Assembly: GCA_035467235.1 (NCBI GenBank) | Contig: DATITY010000612.1 | Location: 1-59,820, forward strand | Origin: Draconibacterium sp. | GTDB taxonomy: Bacteria; Bacteroidota; Bacteroidia; Bacteroidales; Prolixibacteraceae | Length of the DNA: 59,820 nt | Direction of reading: 5' to 3' | Part shown: positions 1 through 9,265 of the stretch, in pieces | Position numbering within the stretch: the first letter of the stretch is position 1 | Layout: each line of letters opens with the position of its first letter | The notes under the pieces: generated by a model | What the model was told of the DNA's origin: nothing | The model's database searches: none | Seen by the model: the letters and a program-made list of their open reading frames with translations, nothing else | Program-made: the position numbers and the translations under genes

Positions 1-210
1 CGGATTTCCATCATCGAGAACCGGACGATAAACATTGGCCCTGTATTTCAATATTTCCCTTACGAATGGCGTGTAACCAATGGAAATTGAATCGCCGATA
101 ATCAGAACGTTCGCTAAATTTTGGTTTGTTCCTGCAAATAAGATTTCAGGAAATGCTAATACAGGTGGTGTTATCAATAACGAATCTTCGAGAAATTTTC
201 TTCTTTTCAT
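1..210 (-). CDS. SGNH/GDSL-family hydrolase/esterase, 5' part only (runs off window edge)
   Basis: Hand translation from ATG at 210: MKRRKFLEDSLLITPPVLAFPEILFAGTNQNLANVLIIGDSISIGYTPFVRE...; block I GDS(I) motif and twin-arginine-like KRRKF leader. Not in the ORF track. Confidence 0.8.
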   Translation of the reverse strand, partial: MKRRKFLEDSLLITPPVLAFPEILFAGTNQNLANVLIIGDSISIGYTPFVREILKYRANVYRPVLDDGNP

Positions 211-246
211 TACCAACAATTTGAAAATGCCCTTAAAGTTAACGTT

Positions 247-1323
247 TTATTTTATTTTTTGTAATCTCACCATTGCTGTTGCCGCCCATAAAACAGCAGC
301 CTGACCATGAAAATTCCCGGTTTTTTTCGGGCGGGTGAGGTAGTGCTTTTTGTTGTCTTTTGCATTGGTGCCCACACATACATTTTCAACTTCTCCTTTT
401 TCATTTACATAACCGGCCAGCGCATTCCATGCTTTCTCAACATTCGCAGAATATTTTTCAAAAGGCAGCCAGCCGTTGTCAATTCCTGTAGCCAGCGCAT
501 ACAAAAACATACCGCTGCACGATGATTCAGGATAACTTCCGGGGTCGTCGAGTAACTGGTGCCACATTCCATCGGTGCCCTGGAAATCAAGCAAAGTCAG
601 CATCATTTTTCGGTAGGCTTCCAGCAACGGTTTGTAATTTTCGTGTGTTTCAGGCAAAACAAGCAAAACCTCGGTTAATGCTGCGGCAGCCCAGCCATTG
701 CCACGACCCCAGTAAAACGGGGCATCGTTGCGGTGATAAAATAAACCATTGGGACGTTGCAGTTTGTCGCAATACACTTTTAACTGCAATGCGGCGCGGT
801 CGAGATAAATTTTATCTTTTGTCGATTTGTAGGCCTGAACCTGCAATGAACCAACCATGTACATATCGTCAACCCAAAAACGGGAAAGTTCGGTTAACCC
901 GTCTTCGCGTGGATTTGCAAATTCATCGTCAGCCAGTTTTTTGGGAATGGCGAGGTATTTTTCATCACCGGTTTGACGGTAAATTTCAAAGGGCCAGATT
1001 CCAAAAACATTGTAATCGACATGCCCGGAGTGTGGTTTCTTTTTTCCTTTTAAATAAGGTGAATATCCTTCAATGACCTGATCTGCGATGTCTTTATTCC
1101 CGGTTGCATCAGCAAAATTCAGTGCGCCGTAATAAGTGCAGACTTTCTGGTAACGCCAGCCAAAACGGCGGTTTACAATGTTTTCAGAAACTCTGTTGCC
1201 GATTTCGACAGGTGAAATTTTAAGTTGGAGAAGTTTTGCTTTGGTAGTTTGTGCATGTCCTTTAAATTCGGTTATGAAACTCAAAAGAAAAACAGTTATT
1301 ATTGAAAAGACTGAAATTTTCAT
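247..1323 (-). CDS. Glycoside hydrolase family 105/88 (unsaturated glycuronyl/rhamnogalacturonyl hydrolase)
   Basis: Motifs WVDDMYM, WGRGNGW, ESSCSGMF; signal peptide ending AQ. Confidence 0.88.
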   Translation of the reverse strand: MKISVFSIITVFLLSFITEFKGHAQTTKAKLLQLKISPVEIGNRVSENIVNRRFGWRYQKVCTYYGALNFADATGNKDIADQVIEGYSPYLKGKKKPHSGHVDYNVFGIWPFEIYRQTGDEKYLAIPKKLADDEFANPREDGLTELSRFWVDDMYMVGSLQVQAYKSTKDKIYLDRAALQLKVYCDKLQRPNGLFYHRNDAPFYWGRGNGWAAAALTEVLLVLPETHENYKPLLEAYRKMMLTLLDFQGTDGMWHQLLDDPGSYPESSCSGMFLYALATGIDNGWLPFEKYSANVEKAWNALAGYVNEKGEVENVCVGTNAKDNKKHYLTRPKKTGNFHGQAAVLWAATAMVRLQKIK

Positions 1324-1373
1324 TTCTGTAATTGTTTTATTTTGTAATCAAGAGTTGAAATTAATGCCGGTAA

Positions 1374-1520
1374 AAATGCCGAAGGTATGAAATGATTATA
1401 GCAAAAAAATGCAGCCAAAGGGTAGAAATGCCGAAGGTATGATATAATTATATCACCACTTCGTGGTTGAAGAATGACATTTGCATCAAACTCTACAATC
1501 ATTCCAACCCTGCCGGGTTT
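1374..1520. repeat. Degenerate REP-like palindromic repeat cluster
   Basis: aaatgccgaaggtatga at 1374 and 1426 (direct); hairpin accacttcgtggt at about 1455-1467; diverged inverted copy at 1491-1520 (reverse complement aaacccggcagggttggaatgattgtagag). Confidence 0.55.
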
Positions 1521-1545
1521 AGGGAAATTCAACTCCCGAATCGCA

Positions 1546-3486
1546 TTATTCATTATCAATAATTCGTTTCATGTTGTAAAAATCGAGAAACAACGATTTT
1601 CCATTGAAGGTGATTTCAATTGTATCGGCTTTCTTTTTTGTCCGGCTGTATGGCGAATCAAACCTGTCGTAATTTGTATCCACTGTTTTCCCATCAACCA
1701 GAAAATCACCTTCAAACTTCAACTGTAAATTCTTGTCTTTCGACCGGTAATTTAAGATTAAATTTTCAGCATCAAAAGTCATTTCGTTTGAAATAATCCG
1801 CTTGCAAAATTCTTCAAACGAACCATCTTCTTCAAGCGAACCGGCTTCAGTTATCCAAAAAGTTTGTTTCCCTTGCTGAATCAAATCATCGGTAGTATTC
1901 TCCCTGAATTCCAACGGGTTTTTTGTGATGAAAGCAGCATAGGTTTCACCTTTTTTTCCAAATGCATAATTTTGATTAATAACTACAGTATCGAAAAGTT
2001 CCGAGGGAAAATAGGCGTGCGTGTAATCCGGCAGTGCAATTTCCATGATTCCTTTCTTTTTCGGAATATTGTAAATGGCCAGCGAAATATTGCTGTCCTG
2101 CGCCACATGCGGAAAATGGCCGTAACCTACCCAGTAATTGGGAGATTGATTTTTCTTACCAGCTTCAAGTGCCGGGTGGGTGTGAAAAATGCTAAATGAG
2201 TTTCCAATGTTCATGCCGTTAACATGCTGCTGGTCGGCATAATCGCCGGGGTAATGATTCTGAACCGAATACAGTGAGTAATTTTTTGTTTTGAATGTGT
2301 AAGTATTTGCTTTTTGAATGGCCACACCGTTGCTTTGCGGATTGACTAATCGTATTAACAACGGTTCGAGTTGAAATAACCGGAGTAAAGTAAAATCAAG
2401 CATTTTAAAATCACCGATAAATTCGTTGGAGAACATGTTGCAATTGCGGATGTGGGTGAGCGAATTCCGCACAACTTCAGGATTGGTAAACGCTTCCATT
2501 CCCCATTGCATCATCATGCTGCGGTTGTCGGTGCCAAAATATCCTTCGGTTTTTAGTTCAGAAATATCAAGGCCGTTGTTTTGCCTGATTACCGAATTTG
2601 AAGAGTCGAGGGCAATTTCAGATAAAACTGCAGGTAATTCATATTTTTTGGTTGTCATCATTCCGTACATCAGTCCCGGGCCGATTTGTTTTCCATCACC
2701 CCAAAAATAGTGGGTAAGTCCGCCCAGTGTTGAACCAGGGCCTCCTTTCCTGTTCGCTTCATACGCTCTGCCACTCACCGAAACAAACATGTTACCGGTG
2801 TTTTGCGTTGCCACATCGTAAAACAGCAAATCGAAGATGATTTCTGTTTTTTTCACTATTTCATCGTCACCGGCAAAATCAATCAGGTTAATCATTGCAC
2901 CAATATCCTCCTTGTAGTAAACACCTGAGTAATATTCAATAAATCCATATTTCCAGCGCATTTCAAGCCAGTCGAGTATTCGTTCCCGGGCTTTTTCCAT
3001 GTGTTGTTTTCCGGTTAATCCGCTGTTTGGAAAAACTGTTTTGGGGTATTTTTGGCCAATCAGATATTCTGCTGATGCAAAAAGAATCTGGTGATTTTCG
3101 CTCCAGTAACACATCGAATTTTCACCAGGTTCATCCCACCAGTAGCGGAAACTGAAGAGTACGTTTTCAATCTTTTCCTTGTAATCTGCGGGAATTTTAT
3201 CGCCATATTCATAAAGTATTCTTACAAGGTTTACCAGTCTGAAATCGGCACAGTCGTATTCATTTTGAATGTATTCCAGTGTTCCGTCAAGGCGGTTCCA
3301 ATCCATATCGCCTGTATCGTTCACCAACTCAAAATAAACCTGATCCTGCTGACAGTCGATGTTTACATCCGGTTTCATTGGAATGATCTCATAATTCGAA
3401 ATTCTGAGTAAATCGACAGAAGTTATTACAATTACCGCTACAAGCAGGGCAGAAATGAAATATTTCAGTTTGAATCTTTTAACCAT
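1546..3486 (-). CDS. Hypothetical membrane-anchored/secreted protein, possibly heparinase II/III-like carbohydrate-active fold
   Basis: 646-aa ORF with N-terminal hydrophobic segment; W/Y/H-rich motifs (YWWDEPG, WSENHQIL, EYYSGVY); lies between GH105 and GH106 genes. Confidence 0.6.
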   Translation of the reverse strand: MVKRFKLKYFISALLVAVIVITSVDLLRISNYEIIPMKPDVNIDCQQDQVYFELVNDTGDMDWNRLDGTLEYIQNEYDCADFRLVNLVRILYEYGDKIPADYKEKIENVLFSFRYWWDEPGENSMCYWSENHQILFASAEYLIGQKYPKTVFPNSGLTGKQHMEKARERILDWLEMRWKYGFIEYYSGVYYKEDIGAMINLIDFAGDDEIVKKTEIIFDLLFYDVATQNTGNMFVSVSGRAYEANRKGGPGSTLGGLTHYFWGDGKQIGPGLMYGMMTTKKYELPAVLSEIALDSSNSVIRQNNGLDISELKTEGYFGTDNRSMMMQWGMEAFTNPEVVRNSLTHIRNCNMFSNEFIGDFKMLDFTLLRLFQLEPLLIRLVNPQSNGVAIQKANTYTFKTKNYSLYSVQNHYPGDYADQQHVNGMNIGNSFSIFHTHPALEAGKKNQSPNYWVGYGHFPHVAQDSNISLAIYNIPKKKGIMEIALPDYTHAYFPSELFDTVVINQNYAFGKKGETYAAFITKNPLEFRENTTDDLIQQGKQTFWITEAGSLEEDGSFEEFCKRIISNEMTFDAENLILNYRSKDKNLQLKFEGDFLVDGKTVDTNYDRFDSPYSRTKKKADTIEITFNGKSLFLDFYNMKRIIDNE

Positions 3487-3694
3487 TATTCAGGCATTTT
3501 TGGTTTTCAAAACCAAAGTTACAATTACTCTTTTCACATTGTATTTCAAAATTCATATTGGGTTAATTGTTTTGCATTTGGGATTAACGAAAAAAAATGT
3601 TTTTAACTTCACGTAATAGAAAATCTTAAATTCTGAAGTTTTTTAATAATTTCGGAATGCCTGTTTTGGCAAACCGACATTAATATCCTATATC

Positions 3695-6310
3695 ATGAAA
3701 ACAAAGTTTACCAGTCTTTTACTTTTATTTTTTCATTTAATACCTGTTTACGGGCAAATAACTGATTGGCCGGTATCAACGCAGGAATCGAAACCCTGGA
3801 CCCGCTGGTGGTGGATGGAAAATGCAGTTGACAGGGAAAATATATCGCGCGAATTGAAAGAAATGGCCGATGCCGGAATTGGTGGTGTTGAAATTACGCC
3901 CATTTACGGTGTGAAAGGGGAGGAGGCACGATTTATTGAATTCCTCTCGCCTGAGTTTTCTGGAATTCTGAAATTTACAATCGAAGAAGCAAATAAACTG
4001 GGAATGGGAGTTGACCTTCCGCCCGGAAGCGGCTGGCGTTGCGGCGGTCCGTTTGTGCCCGAAGAAAAAGGGTTGTGGTCGTTGAAAATGCAAAAGACGG
4101 CGGTGAAAAAAGGCGAAACCTGGCAGATGCCAGCCGATTTAAAAAATGTGGCAGCAGTTTCTTTTGTGAGTGAAAAAAGTAAAATCACGGTTTTAAATGT
4201 TGCTGACAAATTTATGGTTCCTGAAAACGGGACTGTTTATATGGCGCAGCGGGTAAAAAACGGCGATAAGGTAAAACGTCCGTCAAAGGGCGGCGAAGGC
4301 TGGGCTATTGATACTTTTGATGAAATTATTACCAACTGGTATCTCGAAGAATTCTGGAAACGACTGGGAATTGACGAGGGAAAACTACGTTGCTTTTTTC
4401 ACGATTCATTTGAATATACAGGCGATTTTACCACACGTTTTACCGATGAATTTAAAAAACGCCGCGGTTACGATTTGGCAGAAAATCTCCATGTTTTGGC
4501 GGGCGACTGCAAAGACGAAATTACTATTGCCCGCGTAAAATCCGATTATCGCGAAACACTTTCCGATTTGGTGCTGGAATCATTCATACAACCCATGACT
4601 GACTGGGCCCACGAACATAAAAGCCTCAACCGTAACCAGGCGCACGGTTCACCCGGCAACATTTTGGATTTATACGCTGCCTGCGATATTCCCGAAACAG
4701 AAATTTTTCGCACGGTAGAACCCGGCACTGTTGATATTTTTGTAAATAAATTTGCTTCCTCGGCGGCACATGTTACGGGTAAAAAGCTGGTTTCATCGGA
4801 AAGTTTTACATGGCTCAACGAACACTGGACAGTTACAACTTCGGATATGGTGCGGGCAACAAACCGCTTTTTTCTGGCCGGTATCAACCACATGTTTTTT
4901 CACGGAACTTGTTATTCGCCAGCCGATGCAACCTGGCCGGGCTGGGTGTTTTATGCCTCTGCACAAATCAATAACCGCAATCCGCTCTGGTACGAAATGC
5001 CGGCACTGTTTAAATATATTGAGCGGTCACAATCCATTTTACAGGAATCAAAACCTCAAAATGATTTGCTGATTTACTGGCCTTTTTACGATGTGGCTGC
5101 GAGTGACGGCCGCCTGTTTAACCATTTGGGCGTGAATAAAGATGCAGGCTGGTTTATCAATCATCCAATTTACGGTTTATCGGAAGAGCTTACAAAAGCA
5201 GGTTACACGTTCGATTATATTTCTGACAGGCAAATGTTAAATTGCCAAATGGTAAATGGCGAAATTGTTACGGAAGGAAAAGCGGATTATAAGGCTGTTG
5301 TTGTGCCGAAAACGGAATATATTCCTGTTGAAACGATGGCTAAGTTGCAACAGTTTATTGCAAAAGGCGGAAAGGTTTATTTTGATGAATACCTGCCCAA
5401 AAGTGTTCCGGGAATGTTTAGTCTGAAAGAAAGGGAAGAAATACTTGCACAATTAAAATCGAAAATTCCGGAAAAGAAATATGTTGGAAATGTAGTTGAT
5501 AAATTATCTGAAGCCAATATCCGTGGCGAAAAATCACTTTCCGAAAAAGGATTTCAAACCCTGAAAATGCAGGTTAATAATGAAAACTGGTATATGATTT
5601 TTAATACAGACACCACAATAAAAGATGAATGGGTTGAATTGGCCAATCCAGCAAAATATTACGTGTTTTTCAATCCCATGAATGGCGAAGTTGCGATTCC
5701 AGAATTTGAAAACAATAAAATTCGCCTGCAATTGGAGCCTGAACAATGTCTGTTTGTACAATGTGCTGAAACGGAAACTGACTTACCTGCTTTTACTTAT
5801 GAAAACACCACAAACAAGCCGGTTGAGATTGGCAGTTTGTGGCGGATTGCGTTTATGGAAGGCGGACCTGCTTACCCCGGAAATTTGCAAACCGACAAAT
5901 TGCAATCGTGGACAAAAATGGGCGATATGGAAACACGGCGTTTTGCAGGTACTGCGCGCTATCTGACCGAGTTTAACTGGGAAAGTGACGCTAAATCCGG
6001 CATCCTCAATTTAGGCGTTGTAAAAGATTGTGCCCGTGTAACATTAAACGGTAAAAGCATTGGAACTTTACCTGGGCCATCATTCAAAATAAAGGTTGAT
6101 AACCTGATTCGGGGAAAAAATATTTTGCAGGTGGAAGTTACAAATGTGGCTGCCAACCGCATCCGCGATTTGGATATCAATAAAATTGAATGGCGCAGAT
6201 TTTACGATATCAACCTTGTAAATATCGACTATGAACCATTCGACGCTTCGGGCTGGGAAATCAGGGATGCCGGGTTGCTGGGGCCGGTAACAATACTTCC
6301 GGTACAATAA
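3695..6310 (+). CDS. Glycoside hydrolase family 106 (alpha-L-rhamnosidase-like)
   Basis: KPWTRWWW, GIGGVEITPIYG, FFHDSFE, NQAHGSPG, DIPETE, C-terminal GLLGPV; signal peptide. Confidence 0.88.
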   Translation: MKTKFTSLLLLFFHLIPVYGQITDWPVSTQESKPWTRWWWMENAVDRENISRELKEMADAGIGGVEITPIYGVKGEEARFIEFLSPEFSGILKFTIEEANKLGMGVDLPPGSGWRCGGPFVPEEKGLWSLKMQKTAVKKGETWQMPADLKNVAAVSFVSEKSKITVLNVADKFMVPENGTVYMAQRVKNGDKVKRPSKGGEGWAIDTFDEIITNWYLEEFWKRLGIDEGKLRCFFHDSFEYTGDFTTRFTDEFKKRRGYDLAENLHVLAGDCKDEITIARVKSDYRETLSDLVLESFIQPMTDWAHEHKSLNRNQAHGSPGNILDLYAACDIPETEIFRTVEPGTVDIFVNKFASSAAHVTGKKLVSSESFTWLNEHWTVTTSDMVRATNRFFLAGINHMFFHGTCYSPADATWPGWVFYASAQINNRNPLWYEMPALFKYIERSQSILQESKPQNDLLIYWPFYDVAASDGRLFNHLGVNKDAGWFINHPIYGLSEELTKAGYTFDYISDRQMLNCQMVNGEIVTEGKADYKAVVVPKTEYIPVETMAKLQQFIAKGGKVYFDEYLPKSVPGMFSLKEREEILAQLKSKIPEKKYVGNVVDKLSEANIRGEKSLSEKGFQTLKMQVNNENWYMIFNTDTTIKDEWVELANPAKYYVFFNPMNGEVAIPEFENNKIRLQLEPEQCLFVQCAETETDLPAFTYENTTNKPVEIGSLWRIAFMEGGPAYPGNLQTDKLQSWTKMGDMETRRFAGTARYLTEFNWESDAKSGILNLGVVKDCARVTLNGKSIGTLPGPSFKIKVDNLIRGKNILQVEVTNVAANRIRDLDINKIEWRRFYDINLVNIDYEPFDASGWEIRDAGLLGPVTILPVQ

Positions 6311-6337
6311 TATCAGATGCATTTAACCACAAAAGTA

Positions 6338-6590
6338 TTACTCCTTTTTTACCTTGATTTTATTCGCAGAAGCCAGAAACCACACCAGTGATGCCAAAGT
6401 TATTATTGCCCCGGCCGGATAAGAAATTTCCTTTGAAAACTAAAAACCTCCGGGGGCGAAAAGCAGGCAGGTTGAAGGTACCGCGGCCAAAAAAACTGCC
6501 GGAATCAAGGTAAATCAATAGAATTTAAGTTGTTGTGCAAGGTAAATGGTTATGGTCCATCGGCCAGGACCCAAAACCATTTGCTGGTGC
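6338..6590 (-). pseudogene. Decayed 3' remnant of a carbon-starvation CstA-like membrane transporter
   Basis: One minus frame reads RWTITIYLAQQLKFY*FTLIPAVFLAAVPSTCLLFAPGGF*FSKEISYPAGAIITLASLVWFLASANKIKVKKE*, with two in-frame stops. It resembles the Bacteroidota CstA C-terminus as I recall it (..YWITLIPAxFM..FAPEGF). Confidence 0.5.
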
Positions 6591-6775
6591 ACATGACCTT
6601 AATTCTTAACGGTACCTTTGGCTCAACCAGAAATAAGTGTTAGTGGTTTTTTCTAAAAGGTAATATATCCGGAATGTCCTGATGTAAATGCAGCAAAATA
6701 CCATAGAACTTGCTTTCTTTGTTTTTGGCAGGCAGAACAAATTTTGGGATTATTTTTAAATCAGCGGATAAAATT

Positions 6776-6783
6776 TAACTTTG
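6776..6783 (+). promoter_or_regulatory. Bacteroidota -7 promoter element (TAnnTTTG)
   Basis: taactttg about 26 nt upstream of the ATG at 6810. Confidence 0.5.
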
Positions 6784-6809
6784 CAAGCTTTTAACATCAT
6801 ATTACATAA

Positions 6810-8579
6810 ATGAAATTATTCGAAGGACACTCTTTTCATATCCCCGTTCTCGGAGTAGGTTACTCAATTGACACACCAATACAAGTCGCACCATACGGAA
6901 TTTCTTCAGTTATATCGTTAGTCGATGATACAACAATTGAAAAAATGCGTGAGTTTTACTGCAATAAGTTTGATATTCCATTTAAAAAAATAACAAAGGA
7001 AGTCGAGGATTTCAGGGCAAAGCGAATCACATCGTACCTTAATCTGGTTGACGAAATTGTGACGAGAAAATTTGCTGAACTGAAAAGCAGCGCAATTCAT
7101 GCCGGTGAAGAGATTGAGAAATATGTGCAAATGTTGCCCGATTCGTCAACGATAAGGGAAAAATTTAATTTGGCGAAAATAAGTCGTGACGCTGCAGATG
7201 AATTTTCAAAATGGGTGAACGAAAAACTTCACGTTGGTTCTATCGATGTGAACATTATGACAAAGCTGGACAAGGTGAATTATAAAAACGGGGAAGAGCT
7301 GCCCATCGAACACAATGATGCGCATGCTGCCTTGCGCGGATTTGCCAACAGTGACCTGAGTTCTTCGCTTGTTTTGTCAGCGGGAATGAGCCCTCGTTTA
7401 TACAGCTATATTGAAAATTTCAAAGATTTTTTTCCTGATCAATATGGTATTCTGAAAAAGAAAATCATATTGAAAGTAAGCGATTACAGGTCGGCTTTTG
7501 TGCAGGGAAAAATTTTTGCTGCAAAAGGTTTATGGGTTTCAGAATACCGGATTGAGTCGGGAGTGAATTGTGGCGGGCATTGTTTTCCAACACAGGGAGT
7601 TTTGTTTGGGCCTATTCTCGAAGAATTCAAAAAGAACAAACAAACGCTTTTCGATACTTGCATTGAGATTTATAAATCAGCGCTTCATAAGAAGGAAATT
7701 GTTCAGCCAGCCAAAACTCCCGAAATAAAAATAACGGCACAGGGTGGGGTAGGTACAGCCGAAGAACACAATTTTTTATTGAACCATTATGACCTGGATA
7801 GCGTTGGCTGGGCAACACCTTTTATGCTCGTTCCCGAAGTGATTAGCATCGACAACGATACAATGGATCTGTTGGCCAAAGGGAAGGAAGAGGATTATTA
7901 TTACAGCGGTTTATCTCCGTTGGGTGTCCCGTTTAACAGCATCAAGGGAGCCACGATGAGTTTGTACCGTATGGAACTTGCAAAAAACGGAACCCCGGGA
8001 GCAAACTGTACCAAAGGATTTCTGAAATACAACACGGAATATACTGATAAGCCGATTTGTACATCATCAAGACATTACCAGAATTTGAAGTTAAAAGAAC
8101 TGGCTGATTTAAATCTGCCCAAATCAGAATATCAAAAGGCTTACGATAAGATTATTGAAAAGGAATGTCTTTGCAAGGGACTGAGCACTTCAACATTGAT
8201 GTCGAAAAATATTGAAGTTAAGCCTGACTATAAAGTTACTGTTTGTCCGGGTCCAAACCTGGCCTGGTTTTCAAAAATATCAACTTTGAAAGAAATGGTT
8301 GACCATATTTATGGCCGCCTGAATTTACTCGATAACCGGCCACGCCCGCACATGTTTTTGAAAGAGTTGAACATGTATCTCGACATTTTTAGGGAGCGGG
8401 TAGAGGAATTACAAAAAGTTGAAGATCAAAAAGAGAAAAAACTTTTGATAGCCTTTCGGGCAAATCTTTTAGAAGGAATCAACTATTACAAATCTCTTTT
8501 TGCAGAAAAGAAAAAGGAGGTTGTGGAAGAACTGGAAAGGTTGCTGAATAATTATCCGGTGCTGCAAACTGAGTTGTAA
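6810..8579 (+). CDS. Conserved hypothetical protein, putative FMN TIM-barrel (FabK/nitronate monooxygenase-like) with Cys motifs
   Basis: 589 aa; ESGVNCGGH, ITAQGGVGT and DSVGWATPF resemble the EAGGH / AAGGI / GVQMGTRF motifs; several C-terminal Cys. Confidence 0.55.
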   Translation: MKLFEGHSFHIPVLGVGYSIDTPIQVAPYGISSVISLVDDTTIEKMREFYCNKFDIPFKKITKEVEDFRAKRITSYLNLVDEIVTRKFAELKSSAIHAGEEIEKYVQMLPDSSTIREKFNLAKISRDAADEFSKWVNEKLHVGSIDVNIMTKLDKVNYKNGEELPIEHNDAHAALRGFANSDLSSSLVLSAGMSPRLYSYIENFKDFFPDQYGILKKKIILKVSDYRSAFVQGKIFAAKGLWVSEYRIESGVNCGGHCFPTQGVLFGPILEEFKKNKQTLFDTCIEIYKSALHKKEIVQPAKTPEIKITAQGGVGTAEEHNFLLNHYDLDSVGWATPFMLVPEVISIDNDTMDLLAKGKEEDYYYSGLSPLGVPFNSIKGATMSLYRMELAKNGTPGANCTKGFLKYNTEYTDKPICTSSRHYQNLKLKELADLNLPKSEYQKAYDKIIEKECLCKGLSTSTLMSKNIEVKPDYKVTVCPGPNLAWFSKISTLKEMVDHIYGRLNLLDNRPRPHMFLKELNMYLDIFRERVEELQKVEDQKEKKLLIAFRANLLEGINYYKSLFAEKKKEVVEELERLLNNYPVLQTEL

Positions 8580-8582
8580 ATT

Positions 8583-9161
8583 TTATTTCCCTTTTCTCCA
8601 GAATTTGGTAGCTGTTTTCATGGGGAAAACGCCGTGACTCACCGATTTCACATCTTCAATGGAATAGAAAGCTTTTGGATTAGTGGTTTTCACAATTTCT
8701 TCCACTTTTTGAATTTCGTTGCGGTTGATAATACTGTAAATGATGCTAACATTTTCATTTCCACCCTTTGCTTCGTGATGGGTTATTCCGTATCCCGCCG
8801 CTTTCAGATTGGTTATGAGGTTGCTGGCTTCTTTGATTGTGATGATTTGAATTTTAACGATTCCAATCGCCATTCGTTCTTCGATAATCAAACCAATATA
8901 ATTTCCGGTGGCAAACCCGCCTGCATAAGCAACATAACACAACCAGTTGTCGAGGTTCTGAATTATTCTTGTAATTGCTATCAGCCAGATAAAAACCTCG
9001 AAAAAGCCCAGTATTGGAGCCCATGTTTTGTGCCCCTTCGAAACCATTACAATTCTGATTGTACCGATTGTTACATCGACAATTCGCGAAAGAAAAATCA
9101 GAAAGGGCAGTAAAAAATAAGTAAAAAATGTGCTGTCGTAAAATGTTTCCAGGATAATCAT
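8583..9161 (-). CDS. DUF2179/DUF5698 (UPF0316, YebE-like) membrane protein
   Basis: RIVDVTIGTIR, GFFEV..W, YAGGFATGNYIG, C-terminal PKAFYSIEDV. Confidence 0.82.
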   Translation of the reverse strand: MIILETFYDSTFFTYFLLPFLIFLSRIVDVTIGTIRIVMVSKGHKTWAPILGFFEVFIWLIAITRIIQNLDNWLCYVAYAGGFATGNYIGLIIEERMAIGIVKIQIITIKEASNLITNLKAAGYGITHHEAKGGNENVSIIYSIINRNEIQKVEEIVKTTNPKAFYSIEDVKSVSHGVFPMKTATKFWRKGK

Positions 9162-9265
9162 GGCTAATTTATTTTTACAAAACTAAAAAAAACAGCTTGA
9201 TTTTAAATCAGAATCTCGTTTATAAGTCACCCTTCAGGGTTGTGGCAGGAGAATGAATTCTTTTG

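Noticed and set aside
1320-1559. 79-aa ORF from the ORF track
   Set aside because: It spans the repeat cluster, overlaps both neighbours and has no protein-like features.
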